From: Takakia lepidozioides
Taxonomy: Eukaryota > Plantae > Bryophyta
Assembly: GCA_030704615.1 (NCBI GenBank)
Contig: CM060734.1
Span: 58,776,001 to 58,840,000, forward strand
Length of the DNA stretch: 64,000 nucleotides
Direction: 5' to 3'
The notes beneath the pieces are model-generated. The model ran no database searches, was not told where the DNA came from, and saw nothing but the letters and a program-made list of their open reading frames with translations. Below, piece by piece: positions 25,701 to 37,700 of this stretch (within the stretch, counting starts at the first letter, position 1; every line of letters begins with the position of its first letter). The position numbers were made by a program, and so were the translations under genes.

Positions 25701-27648
25701 ATTGCACTTACCTAGAGTAGGCAATGAGTGAAGACGGGGTTTGTGATGTTGATCGTCCAAGCTGGAATTAAACAAATGTTGTTCTGAACTATGCCCTTGT
25801 GGACTTGTATGCCAAATTGGGGTGCATGGAGGATGATGATCCCAGGATATGCACAACAGCGGCACGGGATGGAGGCCCTTTGGAGAGGTCTATGAGCAAG
25901 TGGTGTGGGAAGGGATACTGCAGCGCAACCACATCGCGTTTGTTACATTTGCAACATGTGTGCAAGCCTGGCAGCCCTGCAAAATAGCAAAGAGGTTCGT
26001 GGTGGAATTGTACTAGATGTCGATCTGAACTTTGACATGATGCCAATGTGACAACAGGAAAGTATCCAGAAACAGGTCACAGAGACGAGGAGAAGTTGTG
26101 GGAATGGTGGGACAACCGAGGGAAAAAGGTTAATGCCTGTTAGATTATAGAGGGCAGACGCAATTCAGCATAGGAACTAGTGTGATAAGCTGAGTTGGGT
26201 GTTTCCTAGAACAAATGTAGGCTGTCATTATCAGCTGCAAGGCAAGGAAGTATGCATGATTTGTGTAGAAGCAGTGATAGCTGAAAGAGCAGGGATAGAG
26301 TATGGGTCCAGATTCATCCAAGAGGGCCAGATTTCAAGCATGATTACCTATGATTACCTGTGGATTTAGCTATAAGAAACCTGCATGGGTAGATGGTGAA
26401 CTGGAAGCCGCAGGAGTAGCGGCACAATTGATAAAATCAAGCACTGCTAAAAAGGCACCTTCTTCAACACATTTCACCCTGTTTTTCCCTCTTATCAGAA
26501 CCGGCCCTAAATTTCAATGTCTGCAAGTTAGCTGGTTGAGTGAATCTAGTTTGGAGTGACTTTGACATGATATTGCCAATGTGACAACAGGAAAGTATCG
26601 AAAAACAGTTAACGGAGATGAGGGGAAGCTGTGGAATGAATACTTTTCTGACCCCAGTCAATGGTGGGACAACCGAGGCAAAAAGGTAAATGCCTGTTGG
26701 ATTACAGAGAGTAACAGATGCAATTGAGAATAGGAACTTGTGTGGTAAGTTGAGTTGGGTGTTTGTTGGAACAAATGTAGGCTGTCATTGTCAGCTGCTA
26801 ACAGCAATGCAAGGATATATGCATGATCTATGCAGAGGCATGGATAGCTGAAGGAGCAGGGATAGAGTGTGGGTCCAGATCATCCAAGAAAGCCGGATTT
26901 CAAGCTCCAGATTACCGATGATTCCCTGTGGAAGGATAGCTACAAGAAACCTGCATGGGTAGATGGTCATGGGTAGATGGTAGATAGTTTGGAGTGACTT
27001 TGATATGATACTGCCAAAGTGACAATAAAAAAGTATCCATAAACAGGTAACAGTAGCAGATGCAATTCAGCACAGGCACTAAGGCAAACTCTCCTTCCCC
27101 GTAAGGATGTGTTTTGGTATCTGAGCGAATAAATATTTTATCTAAGAATATAATTTCAAAAATTCGTTATTTAATAATGTGCCACTGTCCCATGTTGGTC
27201 AATAATAATAATTATAATAACAAATAATAATTATTATTATTTTAGTAATTATAATAACAATAAAGTAAATCTACAACCCCCAACAGCGACGCGTGTCAAT
27301 TGACATGAGGAACCACGTGTCAAAATCACGATGCGACACATGCTGACGTCTGATTCCCTCCTCTGCAGTCGGATGACGTCGCAGTCTGACACGTGGCGTG
27401 TTCTGTAGAGAGCACGTGTCTCTATTACACAACGGCTGACATGGACCCATTCAGTCATTCAGTAATGCCAGTGTATGACTACCCCCACAGCTGCTAGCGC
27501 CACGTGACAGCCAGCTTGGAGAGTCATATCTGCCATGTCACAACTGACTAGGTCTTTACGTCTGCAGAGTCAGGAAGTCGTAAATGGCTTCCATGACTGC
27601 ATTTGCAGTCATAACACAGAGACGTAAAAGCCGCAATTTGTTGTAGTG
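22736..27648. mobile_element. Non-autonomous CACTA (EnSpm) transposon carrying gene fragments (Pack-CACTA)
   Basis: TIR CACTACAACAGATTGCGGCTTTTACG / CGTAAAAGCCGCAATTTGTTGTAGTG (1 mismatch in 26). 3-bp TSD ATG at 22733-22735 and 27649-27651. Subterminal GCAGTC/GACTGC motifs. No transposase. Confidence 0.95.
25020..26030 (+). pseudogene. Captured, scrambled PLS-class PPR gene fragments
   Basis: Repeated ALVDMYAKCG, GKEVHGDIIKAGIVPDVILN and VTLNTALVDMY segments with stops and frameshifts. Confidence 0.85.
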
Positions 27649-27968
27649 ATGGTATCCAATGGTGACAACTGAGGTGGTTCTGGTGCAATCCCCGCACTCT
27701 CCTCCTCTCTTGATGGTACAAAAGCCTCCACCCAGATTTGTTGTACCCGTCGATCAGCAACCCGCTGCAAATCCTTGCTCGTGCCCCACAATAGAGTCTG
27801 AGCAACCATGACAGGCAACTCCGCCATACCATACATGTCATCCTGCTCTCCTGGAGGTGTGTCATCCTCTGAATGAGCGTTGCCCTCTAGCAACTTTCTA
27901 GGCCAAGTCACTGCAGCTGTGAATGCTGCTAGTGTCGGCATCTTGCCCCGCTGGGCAACCGCAACTCC

Positions 27969-28350
27969 TCATATGAATGTCACAGGGAGCTGCACACGCC
28001 GGTCCTCCCCTGATTGCCATCCAGGCCTATAGGAAGCTGACTCCTCCCAAAAATCTAGGGTGAAGCCCATGGGGTACAATACTGCCCCACCAACCAGGAT
28101 ATCGTACGAGACCGCGTCTGTCACAATGGCCTTGGCTCGCATCGTTGAGCCATCTGTAGGGTGATCCAGCCGTAGTCTGATAGCAAACTCACGCCGTGTC
28201 ATGCCCCGAGCCTGCTCCGATCCTCCCAGAGACGTATGTATCTAGAAAGGATAAGGCTCCATATCCGCCTTCGTGAGGCCCTAGCTTGCAATAGCAGCTC
28301 TGCCCAGCATCAATGGCTGAGCTCCCGAGTCCAACAAGACCTGCAGTGGC
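27969..28350 (-). pseudogene. Retrotransposon aspartic protease
   Basis: VLLDSGAQ active site and downstream YDILVG. Stops at ~28281 and ~28242. Confidence 0.85.
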
Positions 28351-29228
28351 CGGTACCTCTTGCCTGATGATCCACTCAAACAGAAAATGCCATCCTGGTT
28401 GTCTAACATGACAACTCCATGTGTCACCATGGCGCGCTCAATGGCTGGCATAGCTGGCAGCTCCATCAACCTGGCAGCTGCAGCTTGCCATGGTGCCGCC
28501 GTGGCAGTCTTGACCCTCAAATCCGAGGATCCCTCCGGCATTACACCTCTCACTATCTCCGCAGAAAATGAAGTAACCTTCCCACTCTCACAGAGTGTAG
28601 CTGCCAGCCTGAACACCTCAGCTGGTCTTACCCCCGGCGTCGCAATCATGGTAGCCGAGAACAATGGAGCCTGACACACATATGTGGTCGCCCCCAACAG
28701 CACACTAGCTACCGTAGCCTTGGCAGCAGGTAGTAGCTGCCCGTGTGGCTCTCCCTAATGGCATAGTAATCTCCGCCTCAATAGCAATCGGGCGAAAATT
28801 AGGTACCATGGATGGCGTCGACACTGTCTCCGCCAATGTGAATAATTGAGGTAGCCTAGCCTGACGGCATGCCTCCCCACGCTATGGATCCAACTCCACC
28901 TCCGCACCTCATGGCTCAGGAACTCGTGCTGCACCTCGTGGCTCATGAACTCGTGCTGTTCCTCGAGTCACGGCTGCAACAGACTCCACCTGCACTAGTG
29001 GTAGTGTTGCTCCGCACATGAATCCCATGCCTCCCATATCTTCTCCTCAGGAGCAGGAGACCATGGCCCCCCTTACCACCTGAGCTGTAGCCATGGTAGC
29101 GAGCCTCTGCTCTAGCTGCTGAAGCCGGTTGGCCATGCCTTGGTCAACACCCTAACCTCCACGTCCTTGGCCATGTTGAGCTTGCCCTTGGCCTGCACCT
29201 CATGCCTGGCCACCTCGTCCTCTCTGGG

Positions 29229-29879
29229 CTACCCTACCTCGCCCCCAACCACCATTGTTCCCTTGGAACTGGCCTGGGCGCAACTCAGGATGCAAACCAT
29301 AATACTGGGCCTCTCCATGCCCGTGCTTGCCACAATGCCCACACTGCAACTGTGCAGGCTGTGCATATGCCGGCCCTTTGCCTCCCTCTGGGCAATCCTT
29401 CTTGACATGGGGTCCTCACACATGTCCAACACACCACCTCTGCCCGTTGTTGGCCTGCAAATGAAGGAAGAGACCTCTGCATCTGAGGTCCTCTCTGTCC
29501 TTCCCTGGGCTTCACCTGGGGCCCCTTGTTGTCCTTGAGCACGTTGAGGTAGTGGTTGGCTAGGAGCACCACTACCCCGTGGTGTCTCCTTAGCAAATCC
29601 CACCATGACCACTCGTTTCTCCACCATGTTGAGCTCTATCTGCTCTACCAGCAAAAACATATTTGCTAAAGTGGGATGGGCCGCTTGTAGGAGAGTTGCA
29701 TCCCGCACCCTTCTCCTCAGCTCCTTGTCCAATATCCCATACCAAAATTGGACTGCCTGAGCTTCTGTAACCCCTTGGGTTACATTTATCAAGCGCCTCA
29801 TGCGAGTGAAAGCCTCCCTCAAGCTCTCAGTAGGCCTCCGTTGGAACTCTTGCAAGCTCCGCAACTTCTCTGTCCTCAC
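29229..29879 (-). pseudogene. Gag (capsid-like region and frameshifted CCHC knuckles)
   Basis: LQEFQRRPTESLREAFTRMRRL...AVQFWYGILDKELRRRV; degenerate knuckle-like CWTC and HCGKHGH segments in shifted frames at ~29320-29435. Confidence 0.75.
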
Positions 29880-31239
29880 CCTTGGTAGTTCCCTCTCAAC
29901 TCTTTGAAGAACTCACAACAGGGTTGAAGGCAGGCACGGGTACTGGTGCTGGTGCGGTAGTGGCTTGGGTGAATGTCATAGCTACGGTACCACCTGTCCC
30001 ACTGCTGCTTGCTGAAGTTGCCGGTGCAACGACAGGTGTAGCCATTGCCCTCGTGACTCTAGTGCCCCTAGTGATGGAGACATAGTCGGGTGACCAGTAC
30101 ATCCTCCACTCCTCGATCTCAACCTCATGCCCCGCCTAAACTCATGGTAATCATCCATAGGGGGCCCTCAAGGTGCTAAAACAGCCCCTTCCATGCCATG
30201 AAAGGCGTAAATAGTTGTGGATTGCGCATTTGCTGCAAATCACACCAACTATCAAACTCTTGGATAAAATCATCCAACCGATGGTGCCCACCGCCCCAGA
30301 GTACCTTCGTGGCCCCTTGGTAGCTCCATACATCTCCTCCATTGTGTCCCACAACAATGGCAAGGAAACAACTTGCACCGCCGGTGTGAGTCCTCCTGAT
30401 TCACAATCCGAATCAGAACCTTCCGTTAAAGACACAGGAGGTGAAGGTGGCCTAAACCGCACACCTCGTCTCGTGTACCCACTAGTATCACTAGTGCTCG
30501 AACCGGCACTGTTCCTAGCAATTAGTGGCACCTCCGTGTTGACAAACTATCACTCAACCGGTCATGAACATGTCCCTAATCCCCTATCCACAAGGTACCG
30601 GGTAGAGAACCTGTTGCGGCTTATGGTTTGGAATACTAGGTTCCTAACATAGCCTACACCTGCACCTGCATCCACCGCAAGCACTCCTATGGTTGGCTGG
30701 TAATCACCTCCAACCTCACCACAGGAGAAACAATGATGGTCTGACTGGTCATCACCCCAGCCTCACCATCGACAACATGCTCTAGGACTGGCCGGTGATC
30801 AAATCCGGACCAATCACCTATAAAAACAAGCGCCTACACAAAACGAACATAGCGCACAGTCAAACATGCAGGTATGGAGGGGATCCAAACACAAGAAATC
30901 AGAACGACAACTCCCCCACACTAAAAACAACTCCACGGTGTTGCTCCTGCAATGACACCCCAGCCCAAACCCGGACTGACTCTTGCCTCCACCTACGGAA
31001 AGGTCTTGGCCTAATGAGAGGGTGAAAAACTACGATGAAGAGAAACTAAAGCCATGCCTAACCCCAGCATGCCCTCATCCCAACACTCTTCCTCTCCTCT
31101 CTTCTCTCACACTGCATGACCATGGGAATATCATGAAGATACTCCTCAAACCGCCCTCCACGAGCTTCAAAATTTGGCCTTCAAGACCACATGTTAGTCC
31201 TCAAGCAGTCTACCAGTGCCTCCCCGAGTCAGCACATGC

Positions 31240-31575
31240 CGTCCACAGGTCAACACACACCACAAACCAACACAGGCCCACACAGATCACTGGTCACAGC
31301 CGTCACAGCCCCACACAGGCCACAGCCCCACAGCCCATCACAGCCCCAAAGGCCATAGGTCACAACCTGTCACAGCTCTACACAGGTCACAGGGTCACAG
31401 CCACAGGCCACAGCCTGTCACAGCCCCCTCACAGCCCATCACACTGTCACAGCCTACACAAGTCACAGGGGTCACAGCCCCAAAGGCCACAGCCTGTCAC
31501 AGCCCCTCACAGCCCCACAGGCCACAGGGCACAACCCATCATAGCCCGTCACAGCCCCACAAGCCATAGGGCACA
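31240..31575. repeat. Degenerate (CACAGCC/CACAGG)n minisatellite in the retroelement 5' leader
   Basis: Dozens of cacag motifs in irregular tandem. Confidence 0.85.
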
Positions 31576-32059
31576 CTCATGGCCACTCATGGCAGTTTAG
31601 CCATTTCTCCAAGGGGTTTAGCCACGCCAAGCTAGGGTTTGTGTCTCTTGGGCTCTAGGCTTCTTTGCACCGAGCTATGGCGGCTGTGAGGAAATCAACA
31701 AGGTATTCTTGCTCTTTATGGCCCCACACACCACCAATAGTAGCTCTAATTCCAAGGAAGATGTTTGCAACCGAAACTAAGTGCACAAGCTTCCTTTTTT
31801 AACTCACAAAACAGCGTCATTGATCCCTATGGCGACTAACCAAAAATGACTGACTTCCAGCCCTTGTAGGCACTCATTCATCTGCTTTTCTTGACCATAG
31901 CATGCCCTTCGCACCTAATCCAGCCCCTGCACCTGTTGCTTCAAGAGTTGTGCTCCCTTCAATTTTGAAGCTTGAAGTTGAAACCCCAACTCACATAGGC
32001 CCTACAAGTGCTTTTATTTCACCCCAAGTGGAAACCAGCCCTAGCCCTTCCGTTCTAGC

Positions 32060-32440
32060 TCTCTAAAGCTTGAAAATAAGAGCCTCAATGGGCTGAAGGC
32101 ATGCTCCACACATGCCCCACTCTCACCATAAGAGAATCAGCTCCTTTGCTTCATTTCTTACACCCACAAACTTGAAAATACAAGCTTCAGCGGGCTGAAA
32201 GCATGCTCCACACATGCCCTACAGGGAAACCAGCCCCTTTCTTTCTTTCTTGCACTCCCAAACCTGAAAGTACAAGCCTTCAACAGGCTGAAAGCATGCT
32301 CCACACATGCATTGCCCTCACATAAGGGAAGTCAACCTTTCCCTCTTCCTTGCTTGCCCTCCAAGCTTGAAGATGGAAGCTTCAATGAGCTGAATACATG
32401 CTCCACACATGCAACCTCTTCACACAAGAGGTATCAGCCC
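32060..32440. repeat. ~100-bp tandem repeat, 4 copies, in the retroelement 5' leader
   Basis: gctgaa...catgctccacacatgc recurs at ~32093, 32194, 32287 and 32389. Confidence 0.8.
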
Positions 32441-33116
32441 CCTATCTTGGCTCCTTGGCTCTTTGATGCTCTCTAAGACAAGACTAAGCACTCCATAGCC
32501 TTTGAAACCCTAAGGCTTATATTTCCAGCCACAAGACACTCCTCTTGTGGTGCAAGAGCTCTTCTTCCAAGCTCTGAAACCCTAGGTGCACATTCCATGG
32601 CCTTGCCGCACCTCTTAGCTCCTGTTCCAGCCCTGCTCTTGCCATGACAAGAGCCCTCTCAATGCTGAAGCTCGAGATTGAAACCCAATCTCAACATACT
32701 CCACAAAGTGCACTGATTTGCCCCAAGCCAAATCAGTCCTTTCGCTTGGTCTTGCAATCCTTCACACAATGAAAGCTCGCATTCCCAAGTCCAGTTCTCA
32801 GCTTTGCCACCAAAGCCACTATAACCTGCTCTTGACTGGTCCTCTTCCCAATCGTGCTTGCTCATGCATGTACACAATTTGAAACCATCAAGGTGCTCTG
32901 GAATTACCTGCAGCATGGTGCTTTCATCTCTGAAGCTGAAGATCGAATGCCAAGGTCTACCACCTCGTAATCCACATCGCCTCCGCTTCTAACAACCAAG
33001 GGCTCAACGGTACTCCTTGCATAACAACTTGGTTTCTCTCATCCTCAAGCAAAAACCACAAGTGCTACAACTAACTCGTATCTGGCACTCACAGATACGA
33101 GCTCATCTTTCTCGAG

Positions 33117-33443
33117 TGATAAAGAAGAAGAATACAAGCACAAGCTCATGCGAGCTCACAAAGCTGAAGCATAAACTCATGCATATATAATCTCATCACT
33201 CAAATACAAGTCAAGCCAAGTGCACCCCACGCCATGGGGAATCCATACTACGGCGCCATAGCTAGGCGCGGTGAGGCTCAACTCGAGAAAGATGAGCCTC
33301 CCGCGCTTGCCGTGAAGATAACCACTCCAAGGCCTAAATCTGCCTTTACCCCTGGATTGACACTTGGGCCAATCCCAAATGTCAATATGTAAAAGCTAGC
33401 TATTTCCTAGCTAGTTTCACACTAGTGGTAAAATAACTTGACA
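33117..33443 (-). repeat. Repeat B (5' terminal copy, 327 bp)
   Basis: Same length as and ~97% identical to 17578-17904. Confidence 0.95.
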
Positions 33444-34736
33444 ACTTATTGTTGTGCATTTTACACTTGTGTTGTCAACATGTTGATATTTATAAGGGCC
33501 GGATTTATAGCTGAACACAAAATAAATCAATAGGAATATTACCGGTTGTAAAAAAATTATCTCGGAAATTGACCGGGTATAGTTACCACTAAGAGGCAGC
33601 AACCGACTGCCCAACCCACTTAGCCAATTGCTGTTGGGAATGAGCGGGCTACTGGCTGGTTCAACTGAAATTATTTCTCGGACGTTGTTCAGGATTGACG
33701 TGATCCTGTCTTCCGCAGGAGAAGCTGCATCAAGGAAGCATATTGCAATCAAGTTTAATGTCTAAGGCACAAAGATGGGTATATTTTCTCCTTTTCTTTT
33801 TCTTTTTCTTTTTCTTTTTCTAAAGGGAATGTTTATTTATTTAGGAACAGGGGCGAAGGCCCTGGCAGAATTTTATTAAGAGAATGTATATACAAAGGTG
33901 AATAACAACTGCATTCTACAATATTGCTCCCTGCATCCCAGAATTTATGTTCTCATGAAAACTGAAAAATCAGAAAGAAACAAGTTCATCCAACAGCTCA
34001 ATGTTTGTCGCCTTTACCTGTGGACTTGGCCAACAAAATTACATCCATCAATTTGCCATACGGGTGAATGGCTCCGTGAAAAGTTCCGCCTGGGACAAGG
34101 CCAATAAATAGTTAAAAAGTTAAAACTTCATACGTCTCTATGGATGAGTACACTTGTGAATAAACTCAACATGGATGATAACCAACAGGCGCACCACATC
34201 ACGCCACGTGTCGGACGATTTTTCTTACCTTGCGTGTAAGGTAATTTCATGGAAATCGTACAGACTAAAAAAGGGGCAATGACGACGCTGCTTGCCAAAG
34301 TCAAAGACGACGTGAATTGTATTCTCCAGGCCGAGTTGGTGTGGTAAATGGACGGTAATTATTCCGGCTGCGGGCCACCGATTAGCCCCGTAATTTCCCG
34401 TACGACACCGTCCACGCTGTAAATGTACGATGGTTCATTATGCCGCGTGGCTAGATCGAGGCGGTTGGATACTAACCAGGGGCTGGAGTGTAACCGGGGT
34501 TAGGAAGCGCAGTAACCGCCATGGCCTTCGCCGAGCGCAGTATAAAGCCCCACTGCTTCCTAGCTCCCCGTTTTTCTGCTTCCCACATTTCGCTTTTCTC
34601 GCGCACTGTAGTTCACATCTCACGCTCCGTCTTTCAAGCTTCCTCGCGATCTCTTTCTTTAATATTGTTGCCGAGTTTTATAACGATTGCTTAGTTCTGC
34701 AGTGTTGCTTTCTTATTAATCAGCTGGTTTTTCTCT

Positions 34737-37700
34737 ATGCCGTCCCTCGTGGCGGCACCCGTGACTTGGTCTGTCTTGTTTGCTACTTCAGAGAGTACTA
34801 TGGCGATGGGGAGGCCATCCCCGGCAGAGAATCTGCTTGCGGTGCAGAATCTGTCGTCGTCATTCCTCTGCCATCTGAAGGAGGCGCGTTTGCCCTGGAG
34901 AGCGCTCAAAAGCCTGGCGGTGGCGATCAATTCGATCTCCTCTCCCTTCCAGCTGCACTCCCCGAGGGTGTGGATCGCGAAGCTCAAGAGGGAGGGGAAA
35001 CCTGACTTGTCATTCCAATTTCCAGCCCTGTGGTTACCGAGATTTGGTGGTGTCGGTATGAAGGAGATGGATGAAGTAAGCATCAGACGTGATCTTGCGC
35101 TTCAATCGGCTGTCGTGGATTCCGAGTCTGAGAGGCGCGTTGTTCCTTTCGTCAATGCGCGGGGGCAAAGGCTTTTCACGCAATCATGGACCCCCGTATG
35201 TCAGAATATGAAGTAAGTACTTTGAAAGAGAGGGAGAAGTTGTTTTACTCTGTGTAGCAGTACAGTAGAAATACTTTGATTGGCATGAAACAAGAGGGAC
35301 TTGAGAGGGAGAAAGGAGGGGGGTTCAGTAGAGGGTTAAACACATTTTAGTTCAGAAGTTGTTGAGTCTGATCATTGTATGCCCCTTCTGTGAGCGATGA
35401 TGAAGAACTAACAGCATACAGACAAAGGGACTTGCATCTACCATAATCTTATTGTTAGTGTGCATTGGACATGGTGGTAAGCATTAGGCATTTTCGAGCT
35501 CCTAGCAGATAACCCCCTGATTGGCAACCTGACTTCCATTCAGATCCACATAGGTGTGTGTTGGATGTCAATTTATGTAGAATCCAGGTGGATAATGGAG
35601 TAATCTGGTCACCTTGTAACCTTGTGTGCATGAACGATCGGGGGGGGGGGGGGGGGGGCAAGCAACGAGAGGTATATGTGAACAATTGGAAATTAGTACT
35701 ACCTAATAACAATCTAAACTTGAATGTGACGCAGGGGTGCTCTGGCTGTAAACAAACAGACACAGGACTCTTCATGATGTCATTGAGAAACACTGAGGCA
35801 TTCAGAGCTTTGATAGAGGAATATGAGGGGAAGAAATAGATCATTAGGGTTTGGAGGGATCTGCTTGTTTAATTTTGAAGTTAGAAGTGCTTCTGTGCCT
35901 GACTAATGTACTCGCAAAGTCGAAAGGGACGAATGTCATAGATTACTCTGAATGTACCAGAAAGGGGGAGGGAGGGAGGGAGGGAGGGAGTGTACAGGTC
36001 TTTACCTGGGGAAGGATGACTGAAGATGAGAAACAAAAGGATTCACACATCATGCTCTCCCTGTTGTTCCATATCTCCTTTTAAATCACCTCACCTCTCT
36101 CCTCAGATGATAATACGAGACTGCAGGTAGCTTCGCTTAGTATGAGGCTGTATTTGGACTATGCTACTCAGCTGTTGCCAAATGAAGCAAAGTTAACAAG
36201 TCTCACCTCAAAAATGTTGCTGGCTTGTTTGCAGAGGACTTGTCGTTGTTTTGCATGGGCTTAATGAACACAGGTACTCCTATGGCCAGTATTATGATAT
36301 AATCGGCTTCTCAGTGCCTGTTTCATATTGATACGAGAGTTGTGCATGGACATTTCCTAGTGGTTCACTGTGGTTCGATCAAGTGGTCTAAGGCAGCGCC
36401 CCCCTATGGAGGTCGATAGGCACCAACTCCCTCTGCAGAGTTTTAATGTATGTGCCTTGATTTGGGTAGTGTATGTCAACACCAACAATGGATTTTCTCT
36501 TGCAAGCACACCTGCATGCTATCATCTTTTGCCCAAAGTACTCAGATGTGTGTGACGAATCTGTACTATGAGGATGTCTCACCACTGCTGTGCTCCAGTG
36601 GACGGTATGCGCAGTTTGCAAAGCAGCTCAACTCACAAGGCTATGGAGTGTTTGGCATGGATTGGATTGGTAAGCTTCCTCTTGCTCATTACTTCCTTTC
36701 CACATCTCTCTCTATCCTTAAGCAACCAAGAACCTGTTGACATTCTTACTGTAGTAGATAAAGTTGTAGGAGAAGTGCTTGCTGAATTATGATCCCTCGC
36801 CATGTCCGAAATGACGTCAATTGAGGTTTTACCATTAAATCTTGGTTACATCTGAAAATGTGTGCAGGGCATGGTGGGAGCGATGGTTTGCATGGCTATG
36901 TGGAGTCACTGGACCATGTTGTGTCGGATGTGGTATGTCGTAGTTATAAGTATTATGCTAATGGCAGAGGTGGAGTGGCAACTTGATTGCATGGGCACAA
37001 CCCTTGAAAAGTTTTGGGTATGGGACAATGATGAAACTTCTTGAATACGCATCTTACATGGGATTGCTTCCATCAAGGGAATTTTTGGGTTTTGAATTCT
37101 TTTTTGTTCTTGCAGAAAGCATATTTGCAAAGGGTGGCAGCTGATTATCCAGGGTTTCCTTGCTTTATTTTTGGACACTCAACAGGCGGGGCCATTGCTT
37201 TGAAGGTACTACTATCTTACATGCTTTTTCTTGTATCAATCAATTGTGTCAGCCTTAGTCTAGTTTTGTTTCTTGTTTCGTTTCTTGTTTTTTTTTGGAT
37301 TTTGAAAATTGTAACTGGCAGGCTGCATTACAACCTGGTATGGAAAGGGTGCTAGAGGGACTTGTCTTGACATCTCCAGCAGTGCGAGTCAAGCCTGCAC
37401 ACCCTGTTATTGGGGTAAAGCCTTCCTCACTATTCTCTCTAGCTAGTAGGATGTCAATGTTAGACATGAGATATGCCTTCTAGTTACTATGTTGATGCGA
37501 GCCTTGTATTGGCATGTGAGTCTCTGTAAGAGGACTGTATCGCTTAGCTTCGTACCCCTGGTTAAAAACCCATAACCTGCTGTCAGAGGTTCAGTCCTTG
37601 GGGCTACAACGTGACGCATTGTGTGAATCGGATACTGAAATGAAAAATGTTTAATGATTCTCACTCCTTGCCTTTTCTCCTTGTACCGTGCCTATTATGA

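Larger units (their letters stand above)
17400..33443 (-). mobile_element. Ty3/Gypsy retrotransposon encoding gag-PR-DNMT-RT-RH-INT-PHD, with split direct repeats; decayed and interrupted by a CACTA
   Basis: TG...CA outer termini, ACTT at 17396-17399 and 33444-33447, Gypsy domain order, PPT at ~18085-18095. Confidence 0.9.

Noticed and set aside
30983-31600. 205-aa His/Ser/Pro-rich ORF
   Set aside because: Product of the CACAG minisatellite, antisense to the element.
17400-33443. DIRS/Ngaro tyrosine-recombinase element
   Set aside because: No tyrosine recombinase ORF seen. It has a protease, an HHCC-DDE integrase, a PPT and a TSD.
34430-35083. Overlapping alternative-frame and antisense ORFs
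   Set aside because: Shadows of the GC-rich first exon of the hydrolase gene.
35640-35658. Poly-G tract as a functional G-quadruplex
   Set aside because: Simple intronic homopolymer with no evidence of function.
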